A DNA stretch of 64,000 nucleotides from an uncultured Elusimicrobiaceae bacterium. GTDB taxonomy: Bacteria > Elusimicrobiota > Elusimicrobia > Elusimicrobiales > UBA9959. Made by a program: the position numbers and the translations under genes. The notes beneath the pieces are model-generated. The model was not told where the DNA came from. It searched no databases and worked only from the letters and a program-made list of their open reading frames with translations. Below are positions 26,009 through 34,325 of the stretch, in pieces. The stretch covers positions 318 through 64,317 of the forward strand of contig CAYQJX010000010.1 of the NCBI GenBank assembly GCA_964417965.1, written 5' to 3'. Position 1 is the stretch's first letter. Each line of letters opens with the position of its first letter.

Positions 26009-26876
26009 AAATTGTTTTTTTATCCGTTGTCAGTTTCCTGAAAACTTTTTCACATAACACGCATGGAGCCGAATCCTCCGGGAGGAACGGGGCCATATTT
26101 AAACCAAATTTTTTGATAATCCCCCTGAAAGACAAACTTCGCATCATACGGTAAAACTCACTGTCCAAGTGAGCTTTAAGCGTTGGATGACAAATGTTTT
26201 GGATATTAGTATCAAAAACCAGAGAAGAGCAACAAATACTAAATCCTTTTTCCGGCAAGCAGGTTATTACTTTTTTATTAGGGCACCTGCGAGACAAGAC
26301 ATTGCGGTCAAAACTGGGATGCTGGTAAAAGATCCTGTTACTCCGGGCCCGCCCTACTGGCAACACCTTTTGCATCCCTATCTGAAAGTCTCCGATGTCC
26401 TTCAACTTATTAAGCAGCAGCATATCCATCGGCGACTGAACAGATGCCACCACTCCGAACCCGATATTCAAACTGCGACAGGCATTATGCAGGTTCCGGA
26501 TGTAGGAGAATGGCAAGAACTTCTTATGAAATTTATCATAAGACAACTGCACAGAATCCAATTTTTTAAACGAGGAGAGAAGTGTGACCGCGGAGCTCTT
26601 TGTTTTAGCAAAATGCCCGTTAGTGGTTATTTTGACTTTGAATTTATTCAATTTCCCGAGTTTCGAAAGGAACGCATTTGTACGGTCGAGATATAGGGTG
26701 GGCTCTCCCCCCAGAAAATGCAACGTTTTCATGCCATGCGATTCAACCGCATCCAGCAGAAGGCTCTCTTCTCGCGGATTAAGCGCCGCACTTGCATCAG
26801 GAGAACAACAGTGCGCACATGCAAAGTTGCATTTAAATCCGAACATGATGCCGATCTTGGATATTCTTTCAGTCAT
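25998..26876 (-). CDS. Radical SAM enzyme resembling the YydG/EpeE peptide epimerase
   Basis: CNFACAHCC, TTNGHFA, LSYDKFH, PVGRA, RCP...ICCSSL.F and CVLC follow the YydG/EpeE motif order as recalled from memory. Confidence 0.72.
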   Translation of the reverse strand: MTERISKIGIMFGFKCNFACAHCCSPDASAALNPREESLLLDAVESHGMKTLHFLGGEPTLYLDRTNAFLSKLGKLNKFKVKITTNGHFAKTKSSAVTLLSSFKKLDSVQLSYDKFHKKFLPFSYIRNLHNACRSLNIGFGVVASVQSPMDMLLLNKLKDIGDFQIGMQKVLPVGRARSNRIFYQHPSFDRNVLSRRCPNKKVITCLPEKGFSICCSSLVFDTNIQNICHPTLKAHLDSEFYRMMRSLSFRGIIKKFGLNMAPFLPEDSAPCVLCEKVFRKLTTDKKTIYGS

Positions 26877-26888
26877 TTTCCACAAAAA

Positions 26889-26927
26889 TTAACGCCCGAG
26901 TTACCTTTGGTAAAGCCCGGGCGTTAA
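26889..26927 (-). promoter_or_regulatory. Stem-loop after candidate precursor 3
   Basis: TTAACGCCCG...CGGGCGTTAA outer stem with inner TTACC/GGTAA. Confidence 0.55.
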
Positions 26928-26962
26928 CCCATTTGAATATCGAAAAGAACTTTACAGAAAGA

Positions 26963-27175
26963 TCACCCGACCTTGGTGGGCTTGGGGTCCCCATGGACAA
27001 GAACCTGGGCGCACACATTATTTAACATGCGCTGCTTCGCAGGATTCTGGATTACCTGCATAAGAGAATTCTTTTGTTTAGCCGGGAGGGTTCGGACATA
27101 CTGAACCGCCTGTATTGCAGAAAATAAGCCGACCGACACCAAAAAAGCCGCTATTATTTTGTCTTTCGTTGTCAT
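26963..27175 (-). CDS. Candidate precursor 3 (70 aa, Sec-type signal peptide)
   Basis: AAGGGG RBS; hydrophobic N-terminus ending AIQA; internal PAKQ repeat; first gene before the rSAM. Confidence 0.55.
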   Translation of the reverse strand: MTTKDKIIAAFLVSVGLFSAIQAVQYVRTLPAKQKNSLMQVIQNPAKQRMLNNVCAQVLVHGDPKPTKVG

Positions 27176-27236
27176 TTTGTTTTCCCCTTAACCCCTATAT
27201 TCTGCCATTTTTGCGGGTTTTGCGCAATTTGCCGAT

Positions 27237-27273
27237 AAAAAAAGGGAAAGCAAAGTGACTTTTTGCTTTCCCT
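27237..27273 (-). terminator. Intrinsic terminator of the rpoN-like gene
   Basis: AGGGAAAGCAAA / TTTGCTTTCCCT stem with a T tract on the minus strand. Confidence 0.75.
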
Positions 27274-27412
27274 GGATACATCCGATTAAGGTCGGATCGT
27301 GGATACTCTGGGGCCAATCCCCCAAATTACAAGGAAGACTACACGGATAGTGTACATCGCGGGGCTTGCGCGCGTAAGGGCATTAGTGCCCACGCGGCGC
27401 TAGGCCCTTGGG

Positions 27413-28465
27413 CTACCGCGCGCCGGCGGCGGCGAGGCTGAGGTCTTTGCGGTACTGGGCGATGGAGCGGCGGCTCAGGTCCACGCCGTGGCGGGAGCGC
27501 AGCTCCGCGCAGAGCCGGGTGTCGCTGAGCTGCGGCTGTTCGGCGGCTATGGAGTAGAGGCGGTCCAGGTTGACCTTCTTGGAGCTGGGCAGCAGCACCT
27601 CCATGGGCGCCTCCATGCCCCAGGGCATCTGTATCGATTTATTGGAGACCAGGCGGTTGAGCACGCTGGCGTCCACCTCCAGGTTCTTGGCCAGCGTCTT
27701 CTGGGACAAGGGGCGGCGGCGGCTGGGGTCCCCGGTGGCCAGGTAGTCGGCCTGCACGCTGATTAGGATCTCCAGCGCGCGGTAAAGGGTGGTCTTGCGC
27801 TTGTCGGCGAACTCTATCTTTTTCAGCAGCTTCTCCACGCGCTTGCGCTCGGCGGGGTCCATACCGGGCAGCAGGGCGGCCAGCTTGTCGCCGTCCACCT
27901 TGTAGCGGCCTTTCCAGATCTCGCGATGAAAGAAGGCCAGCACGGGCTCGCCGTCGTCCAGCTCTATGCCGGCCACGGCGCTGAACACCTTGGCGGCGGG
28001 GGCCTCGGGCTTCGCCTCGAATTCGGCCTGGATGAAGGCCCGGTTGACGAAATCGCGCAGGCGTTCGGCGTCCTTAATTGTAATGTCGCATTCTTCGGCG
28101 CGCTCTATGTCGCTCATCACGGCGTCGCGCAGGAAGCAGGCCTCGAACTTCTCCTGGCCTATCCCCTGGATCAGCTTCACCAGGTCGCCAGTGCCGTCGG
28201 CCAGCTCGGGCAGGTCGCCGCTGGCCATATTGAGGCCGTAGCCGGCGTATTTGCGCGCGGCGTAGCGGGCGGCGGGAAATTCGCTCAGGTTGATGGCGCC
28301 GGAGGTCTTGAGCAGCTGGAACACGCGGCCGCCCTCCAGGTCCTTTATCATCTCCGCGAATTCTTCCTCGGGCATTTCGGCCATCTGGGCCATTTTAAGC
28401 GCGCCCAGCAGGGCGGCCGAAGTTCTTGCCCCGGTGGAGGCGGTGAGTTTAAAGCTGTGTTTCAT
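27413..28465 (-). CDS. rpoN: Short, divergent sigma-54 factor
   Basis: HTH PLSQKTLAKNLEVDASVLNRLVSNKSIQMPWG and RpoN-box-like SRRSIAQYRKDL; only 350 aa. Confidence 0.78.
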   Translation of the reverse strand: MKHSFKLTASTGARTSAALLGALKMAQMAEMPEEEFAEMIKDLEGGRVFQLLKTSGAINLSEFPAARYAARKYAGYGLNMASGDLPELADGTGDLVKLIQGIGQEKFEACFLRDAVMSDIERAEECDITIKDAERLRDFVNRAFIQAEFEAKPEAPAAKVFSAVAGIELDDGEPVLAFFHREIWKGRYKVDGDKLAALLPGMDPAERKRVEKLLKKIEFADKRKTTLYRALEILISVQADYLATGDPSRRRPLSQKTLAKNLEVDASVLNRLVSNKSIQMPWGMEAPMEVLLPSSKKVNLDRLYSIAAEQPQLSDTRLCAELRSRHGVDLSRRSIAQYRKDLSLAAAGAR

Positions 28466-28509
28466 AAAAAGCTCCCTATGCGCACATTATACCTGTTATT
28501 CAAGAACAG

Positions 28510-28525
28510 AACAATTTTAATGCCA
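28510..28525 (-). promoter_or_regulatory. Near-consensus sigma-54 promoter in front of the rpoN-like gene
   Basis: TGGCATTAAAATTGTT (-12 is GT rather than GC). Confidence 0.5.
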
Positions 28526-28596
28526 GCGCTGCGGACAGCAAACTCCGATTTGGCCCCCGAGCGCCGGAAGTTTGTATAATATAGATAGGGTTATAT

Positions 28597-28632
28597 ATTC
28601 TCATCCGAGAACTGCCATTCTCATTTGAAAAT
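28597..28632. promoter_or_regulatory. Tandem palindromic activator sites between rpoN and the activator gene
   Basis: ATTCTCATCCGAGAAC (28597) and ATTCTCATTTGAAAAT (28617), starts 20 bp apart as at 15791/15811. Confidence 0.68.
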
Positions 28633-28653
28633 CAAAGCGGCCCCTGGGGGAGC

Positions 28654-30000
28654 ATGGAAAAACTCAATATTTTCGTACTGGAAGACGACAAACTGGCCCA
28701 GAAGGTGATGGGCGCGCACCTGTCCCCCCACACAGTGGACATGGCGGCCGACCTGGACTCGGCCCTTAAAAAGCTGGACGCCGGCCGCTACGACATGGGC
28801 TTCTTCGACCTGATGCTGGGCGTGAACGACGACTATTCCGGCCTTAAGGCCATAGCCGCGGCCGCCAAAAAAGGCATCTACAGCGTGGTGGTCTCCAGCT
28901 CGGACTCGGACGAGATGATAGACAAGGCCTACGCCCTGGGCGCCTCTGATTTCTACGCCAAGGGCAACGAAGAGGCTAACGTGGAGGAGATCCTGCGCAA
29001 GTTCCTGCAGAACCGCAGGGCCGCGGCTTCCGACGATATCTTCACCTCCGCCTTCATCACCGAGGACCCCGAGACCCGCGCGGCGGCCACGGAAGCGCTT
29101 AAGTACGCGCCCACCGACCTCCCCATCCTTATCCTGGGCCCCTCCGGCACCGGCAAGACCTCGCTGGCCAACATCCTGCACGAACATTCCGGCCGCGAGG
29201 GCGCCTTTGTCTCCATCAACTGCTCCGCCTATACCGACGACCTGCTGGAGGCCGAGCTGTTCGGCCACAAGAAGGGCGCTTTCACCGGCGCGTCCGAGGC
29301 CCGCAAGGGCCGCCTGCTGGAAGCCCACCGCGGCACCCTGTTCCTCGACGAGATCGGCACCATGAGCCACAACATGCAGATGAAGCTGCTCAAGGCCATA
29401 GAGGAAAGGACCTTTTATCCCCTCGGCTCCGAGAAGCCCGAGCGGTCCGAGTTCCGCATCATCAGCGCCACGCTGGAGGACCCGCAGGCCCTCATCGCGC
29501 AGGGCAAGATGCGCTTCGACCTGTTCCAGCGCATCCACGGCTACACCATCAACCTCAAACCGCTGGCGCGGCGCCGCGCGGACATCTTCCCGCTGGTGCA
29601 CCATTTCACCAAGGGCGGCCGGCGGCTCTCTTTCAGCCCGGACGCCAAGGCCTTCATGCAGGACTACGCCTGGCCGGGCAATATCCGCGAGCTCAAGAAG
29701 TTCACGGACCTCGTGTCCGGCGGGCAGCAGGGGCGGGTGGACCTGGACACGGCAAAGCGGCATCTCAAGGGGCAGGCCCTGGCCGCGGGCGCGGGCTACG
29801 AGGATTCGCTCTACGCGCTGGCGCTGGCCGAAGGCCTGGACGCCGCGCTGGAGAAGGTGACCGGCGAGCTGGTAGGGCGCAGCCTCCGCGAGAACGGCGG
29901 CGTGCGCACCAAGACGCTGACCGACCTGAAGATCTCTACAAGGCTTTTATACGCCACCCTCAAAAAACTGGGGCTGGATACCGAAGGGGGAAAGAAATGA
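28654..30000 (+). CDS. NtrC-family sigma-54 enhancer-binding response regulator
   Basis: REC domain (EDD, FFDL, YAK); GPSGTGKT; [13 protein letters not shown]; LFLDEI; WPGNIREL; C-terminal HTH. Confidence 0.92.
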   Translation: MEKLNIFVLEDDKLAQKVMGAHLSPHTVDMAADLDSALKKLDAGRYDMGFFDLMLGVNDDYSGLKAIAAAAKKGIYSVVVSSSDSDEMIDKAYALGASDFYAKGNEEANVEEILRKFLQNRRAAASDDIFTSAFITEDPETRAAATEALKYAPTDLPILILGPSGTGKTSLANILHEHSGREGAFVSINCSAYTDDLLEAELFGHKKGAFTGASEARKGRLLEAHRGTLFLDEIGTMSHNMQMKLLKAIEERTFYPLGSEKPERSEFRIISATLEDPQALIAQGKMRFDLFQRIHGYTINLKPLARRRADIFPLVHHFTKGGRRLSFSPDAKAFMQDYAWPGNIRELKKFTDLVSGGQQGRVDLDTAKRHLKGQALAAGAGYEDSLYALALAEGLDAALEKVTGELVGRSLRENGGVRTKTLTDLKISTRLLYATLKKLGLDTEGGKK

Positions 30001-30179
30001 CCGGGATAGATAATTCGAAACTGCTGCACGACCTGCGCTCCAAGTGCTCCAGCCTCAAGAGCGCCGCCGAACTCTACAAGGACTGTTCGCCCGCGGAAAA
30101 GAAGGAAATGCTGGCGCTGATGAACTCGGCCGCCGCCGAGATAACCAGACTGCTGGGCCAGCTTGAGAAGTCCGCCTAG
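29997..30179 (+). CDS. Stand-alone 60-aa HisKA/DHp-like protein
   Basis: LLHDLRSKCSSLKSAAEL H-box-like helix plus a second helix; ATGA overlap with the activator gene. Confidence 0.6.
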   Translation: MTGIDNSKLLHDLRSKCSSLKSAAELYKDCSPAEKKEMLALMNSAAAEITRLLGQLEKSA

Positions 30180-30243
30180 AGCGGGGTTAATAAGTATAAT
30201 TAGGTGGTCGCCCGTACCGTGGCGAATTCTTATGGAGGAAACA

Positions 30244-31764
30244 ATGAAATCATTAGCGCTGCTGCCTCTGCTGCTGCTCTGCTGCGCGCCGCTCTACGCG
30301 GCCGGCGGACAGAAGGACGAGCTCCCGCCGGGAGCCTCCATAGAGAAAGACCCCAAATACCCGCCCGTGATCGCCTACACCCTCAAGAACGGGCTGAAGC
30401 TGCTCATCCTCGAGAAAAAATTCGTGCCCACCGTCTCCTTCACCCTGATGTTCAAGGCCGGCAACGTGGACGGGCAGCAGGGCAAGACCGGCCTGGCCCA
30501 CCTGATGGAGCATATGGCCTTTAAAGGCACCAAGACCATCAACTCCGCCAATTACGCCAAGGAAAAGATCGCCCTGGAGAAGGTAGAAAAGGCCGCCCAG
30601 GCCATGATAGCCGCGGAGTCCGCCGCCGCGCCCGACCTGAAGAAGGTGGAAGAACTGCGCAAGGCCCTGGACGCCGCCGAGAAAGAGGCCGACGCCCTGA
30701 TAGTGAAGGACGAATACTGGAAGCTTTACAACACGCTGGGCGAATCCGGCATGAACGCGATGACCTCCACCGACTATACCGGCTACGTGGTCTCGCTGCC
30801 CGCCAACCGGCTGGAAGCCTGGATGGTGATAGAATCCGACCGCTTCAAGAACCCGGTGCTGCGCGAGTTCTACCGGGAGCGCAACGTGGTGATGGAAGAG
30901 CGCCGCATGGGCGAAGCCGACCCCAACAGGACGATGTGGGAAACGCTGGTCTCCAACGCCTTCGTGGCGCACCCCTACCAGAACCCGACCATCGGCTGGA
31001 TGGACGACCTGAAGCGCCTCACCCGCACCGACGCCGAGGCCTTCTTCAAGGCCTTCTACGTGCCCAACAACGCCACGCTGGCCGTGGTAGGCGACGTGAG
31101 ACCGGCCGAAGTGATAAAGCTGGCCGAAAAATATTTCAGCGACTGGCAGAACCGCCCGCTGCCCGCGCGCGACTACACCAGGGAGCCCGCGCAGAAGTCG
31201 GAAAAAGTCATCAGCGTCTTCTTCAAAGCCAAGCCCGCGCTGCGCATGGGCTTCCACAACCCCGGCATGGACAACCCCGAGATCTTCCCGCTGATCATGG
31301 CCTGCGAGGTGCTCTCCAACGGCAAGACCGGGCGCTTCTACAAGACCCTGGTGGAAGGCCAGGAGCTGGCGCTCTACGCCGAAGCCTACGCCTCCTTCCC
31401 CGGCAACCGCTACCCGTCGCTCACCGTGATCGCCGCGGCCCCCAAGGCCCCGCACACGGTGGAGGAACTGGACGCCGCGCTGCTGGCCGAGGTGGAGACG
31501 CTCAAGAAAGAGCCCCCGACGCGCTGGGAGCTGGACAAGATCCTCAATAACTACGAAGCCGAGATGATAAAGCAGCTGGAGTCCAACTCCGGCCTGGGCA
31601 TGAACCTGGCCCAGAACGAGCAGATCTTCGGCGACTGGAAGTACGACTGGAAGATAGGCGAGGAGCTGCGCAAGGTGACCCCGGAGCAGATCTCCGCGGC
31701 CGCCGCCAAATACCTCACCCGTGACAACCGCACGGTAGTTTTCCTTAAAGAGCCGCTCAAATAA
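30244..31764 (+). CDS. M16 (pitrilysin-family) peptidase, catalytic subunit, secreted
   Basis: Signal peptide; HLMEH (HxxEH) and ERNVVMEE; GGAGG RBS, start at 30244. Confidence 0.88.
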   Translation: MKSLALLPLLLLCCAPLYAAGGQKDELPPGASIEKDPKYPPVIAYTLKNGLKLLILEKKFVPTVSFTLMFKAGNVDGQQGKTGLAHLMEHMAFKGTKTINSANYAKEKIALEKVEKAAQAMIAAESAAAPDLKKVEELRKALDAAEKEADALIVKDEYWKLYNTLGESGMNAMTSTDYTGYVVSLPANRLEAWMVIESDRFKNPVLREFYRERNVVMEERRMGEADPNRTMWETLVSNAFVAHPYQNPTIGWMDDLKRLTRTDAEAFFKAFYVPNNATLAVVGDVRPAEVIKLAEKYFSDWQNRPLPARDYTREPAQKSEKVISVFFKAKPALRMGFHNPGMDNPEIFPLIMACEVLSNGKTGRFYKTLVEGQELALYAEAYASFPGNRYPSLTVIAAAPKAPHTVEELDAALLAEVETLKKEPPTRWELDKILNNYEAEMIKQLESNSGLGMNLAQNEQIFGDWKYDWKIGEELRKVTPEQISAAAAKYLTRDNRTVVFLKEPLK

Positions 31765-31774
31765 AGGAAAAACC

Positions 31775-33172
31775 ATGAAAAAATCGATAACAGGAGCCGT
31801 ACTGATGACCCTCTTTAGCGCCGCCTCTTTCGCGCTGCCCCCCGCCCTGCCCAAGCTGGCCGGCGTAGACTTCAAACCGCCGCAGGGCTCGCGCGTCGTG
31901 CTGCCCAACGGCATGATCGTCTACCTCATGAAGGACAACACCCTGCCGGTGGTCCACATGACCGCCTTCATCCGCACCGGCAAGCTCAACGACCCCTTAG
32001 AGAAGGTCGGCCTGGGCGAGATGACCGCAGGCCTGCTCAAGGACGGCGGCACGCTTAAGTACAAGCCGGAAGAGATAGACAAGACCCTGGAATTCCTGGC
32101 CGCCTCGGTGGAAACCTCCATGGGCATAGAGGAAGCGCGGGCCAACATGACCGTGCTTAAGAAGGACCTGGACGCGGTGCTGGACATCTACGCCGACACG
32201 CTGATGAACCCCGCCTTCGCCCCGGACAAGGTAAAGCTCAAGCGCGACGAAACCCTGGAGCTCATCCGCCGCCGCAACGACGATCCCGGCCGCGCGGTGG
32301 TGCGCGAGGCCCTGCGCGCCTTCTACGGCCCGGCCCACCCCTACGGCTGGCGCAGCGAGGAGGCCACGGTCAACGCCGTCACTATCGAGGACATGAAGGC
32401 GTACCACGCCAACTACTACAAGCCCAACAATATCATCATCGCCGTGGCCGGCGACTTCGGCTCGGAGGAGGAGATGCTGGCCAGGCTCAAGGCGAAGTTC
32501 GGCGCCTGGCCCCGCGGCGAGGTTAATTTCCCCGTCATCCCCCCCGTGGAACTTAAGGCCGGCCGCCAGGTCTTCCACGTGGAGAAAGAAAGCTCCCAGG
32601 CCTATATCGTGATGCTGCAGAAGGGCATAAAGCGGCACGACCCGGTGGAATACCCGCTCAGCGTGACCACCGAGATGCTGGGCGGCGGCCTCTCGTCGCG
32701 CCTGGCGGCCGAGATCCGCTCGCGCAAAGGGCTGGCCTATACCGTCTACGCCTATTCGGCGAAAAAGCCGGATTACGGCTATATCCTGGCCTATTGCGGC
32801 ACCAAGCCCGAGACCTATTCGCAGGCGCTCTCCGAGATGCTGCGCCAGTTCAAGCTGATCACGGAGGAGGCCGCGCCCGCCGAGGAAGTGGTCCGCGCGC
32901 GCGACTCCATAGTAAATTCCTTCGTCTTCAGGTTCCCCACGCCGTTCGAGCTCCTGAGCGAACGGGCCTCCTTCGAATATTACGGCTACAAGACGGACTA
33001 CCTGGACAACTACGTGGAGAACATCGCCAAAACCGACCCCGCGGCCGTGCTGGCGGCCTCCAAACGGCTGTTCAAGCCCGACGAGGCCATGCTGTTCGTG
33101 ATCGGCAACTCCAAGAAGTTCGACAAGCCGCTCTCCGAGTTCGGGCCGGTGACGGAGCTGAAGGAAGACTGA
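31775..33172 (+). CDS. M16 peptidase partner subunit (no HxxEH)
   Basis: M16 fold motifs; LSSRLAAEIRSRKGLAY substrate-binding R/Y segment. Confidence 0.85.
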   Translation: MKKSITGAVLMTLFSAASFALPPALPKLAGVDFKPPQGSRVVLPNGMIVYLMKDNTLPVVHMTAFIRTGKLNDPLEKVGLGEMTAGLLKDGGTLKYKPEEIDKTLEFLAASVETSMGIEEARANMTVLKKDLDAVLDIYADTLMNPAFAPDKVKLKRDETLELIRRRNDDPGRAVVREALRAFYGPAHPYGWRSEEATVNAVTIEDMKAYHANYYKPNNIIIAVAGDFGSEEEMLARLKAKFGAWPRGEVNFPVIPPVELKAGRQVFHVEKESSQAYIVMLQKGIKRHDPVEYPLSVTTEMLGGGLSSRLAAEIRSRKGLAYTVYAYSAKKPDYGYILAYCGTKPETYSQALSEMLRQFKLITEEAAPAEEVVRARDSIVNSFVFRFPTPFELLSERASFEYYGYKTDYLDNYVENIAKTDPAAVLAASKRLFKPDEAMLFVIGNSKKFDKPLSEFGPVTELKED

Positions 33173-33188
33173 GCCGGGGCCAGCCCCC

Positions 33189-33223
33189 AAAAAAGAAAGG
33201 CCCCGGAAGGGGCCTTTTCTTTT
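33189..33223. terminator. Bidirectional terminator
   Basis: AAAGGCCCC-GGAA-GGGGCCTTT with flanking A and T tracts. Confidence 0.8.
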
Positions 33224-33238
33224 GCGCGGAGCCGGCGG

Positions 33239-33631
33239 TCAGACGGCCTTATCCTTCTCCAGCGCCGCCTTTACTTCCTCCGGCAGCTCTATCAGCCTGA
33301 GGTCGCGCCCCACGCAGACCAGGTCCGTCTCGGCCCGGCCCAGCAGGCGGCCGTCCTGGTTGTGGATCTCGTAGGCGAAAACGATGCGGTAGGGCGTGAA
33401 CTCCTTCACCCAGGCCTTGATGTCCAGCACGTCGCCGTAAAGCGCCGGGGCCTTGTACTCCATCTCGACCCGCCGCACAGCAAAACCCACACCCTTCTCC
33501 AGCAGGCCCTTTACGGTAAGCCCGCGCGCTTCCAGGTATTCGGAGCGCGTCTCCTCCAGGTATTTAAGATAATTGGCGTGGTAGACCGCCCCGCTGTTGT
33601 CCGTATCGTAGTAGTAGATGCGTCTTTTCAT
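33239..33631 (-). CDS. YbgC/FadM-family acyl-CoA thioesterase
   Basis: YYDTDNSGAVYHANYLKYLE hot-dog fold motif. Confidence 0.85.
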   Translation of the reverse strand: MKRRIYYYDTDNSGAVYHANYLKYLEETRSEYLEARGLTVKGLLEKGVGFAVRRVEMEYKAPALYGDVLDIKAWVKEFTPYRIVFAYEIHNQDGRLLGRAETDLVCVGRDLRLIELPEEVKAALEKDKAV

Positions 33632-34048
33632 TTATTCTCCGATTATCTTTATAAGCAGGCGCTTGTCGCGCCGGCCGTCGAACTCGCCGTAGAAGATCCG
33701 CTCCCACGGCCCGAAATCCAGCTCGCCTTCGGTGACGGCCACCACCACCTCGCGGCCCATGAGGGTGCGCTTCAGGTGGGCGTCGCCGTTGTCCTCGCCG
33801 GAGAGGTTATGCCTGTAGCCGTGCGCGTCGTAAGGCGCGAGCCGCTCCACCCACTCCAGGAAGTCCTGGTGCAGGCCGCTCTCGTTGTCGTTAATGAAGA
33901 CGCTGGAGGTGATGTGCATGGAATTCACCAGGCACAAGCCCTCCCTGATCCCGCTCCGGGCCAGCTCGGCCTCCACTTTGTCCGTGATGTTTACTATGGC
34001 GCAGCGTTCCGAAGTGCGCATTGTCAGGTAGGCTGTATGTGATTTCAT
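33632..34048 (-). CDS. yjbQ: YjbQ (secondary thiamine-phosphate synthase) family protein
   Basis: [31 protein letters not shown]. Confidence 0.88.
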   Translation of the reverse strand: MKSHTAYLTMRTSERCAIVNITDKVEAELARSGIREGLCLVNSMHITSSVFINDNESGLHQDFLEWVERLAPYDAHGYRHNLSGEDNGDAHLKRTLMGREVVVAVTEGELDFGPWERIFYGEFDGRRDKRLLIKIIGE

Positions 34049-34130
34049 TTTTTTTCCGTGGTCCCGGCCGGCGGCTACAGGACTATTTTACAAACTTTAT
34101 CCGCGCGGTATGATTTGCTATAATAAACAC

Positions 34131-34325
34131 ATGGCTTATAAATGTGAACTTTGCGGCAAAAAGTCCGTTTCCGGTAACTCTTACAGCCATTCCAATAAGG
34201 CTACCAAACGGCTTTTCAAGCCCAACCTTCAGAAACAGAAAGTGGTGCACAATGGCAAGACCCAGTCGGTCTATGTCTGCACCATCTGCATAAAGAGCGG
34301 CAAAGCGGTACGCCCGGTTAAGTAA
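34131..34325 (+). CDS. rpmB: 50S ribosomal protein L28 (zinc-ribbon type)
   Basis: CELCGKKSVSGNSYSHSN..TKRLFKPNLQ...VCTICIKSG; TATAAT 6 nt before the ATG. Confidence 0.92.
   Translation: MAYKCELCGKKSVSGNSYSHSNKATKRLFKPNLQKQKVVHNGKTQSVYVCTICIKSGKAVRPVK

Noticed and set aside
27192-27207. Sigma-54 promoter for precursor 3
   Set aside because: TGGCAG matches -24, but the -12 position reads AGGGG, so it is not supported.
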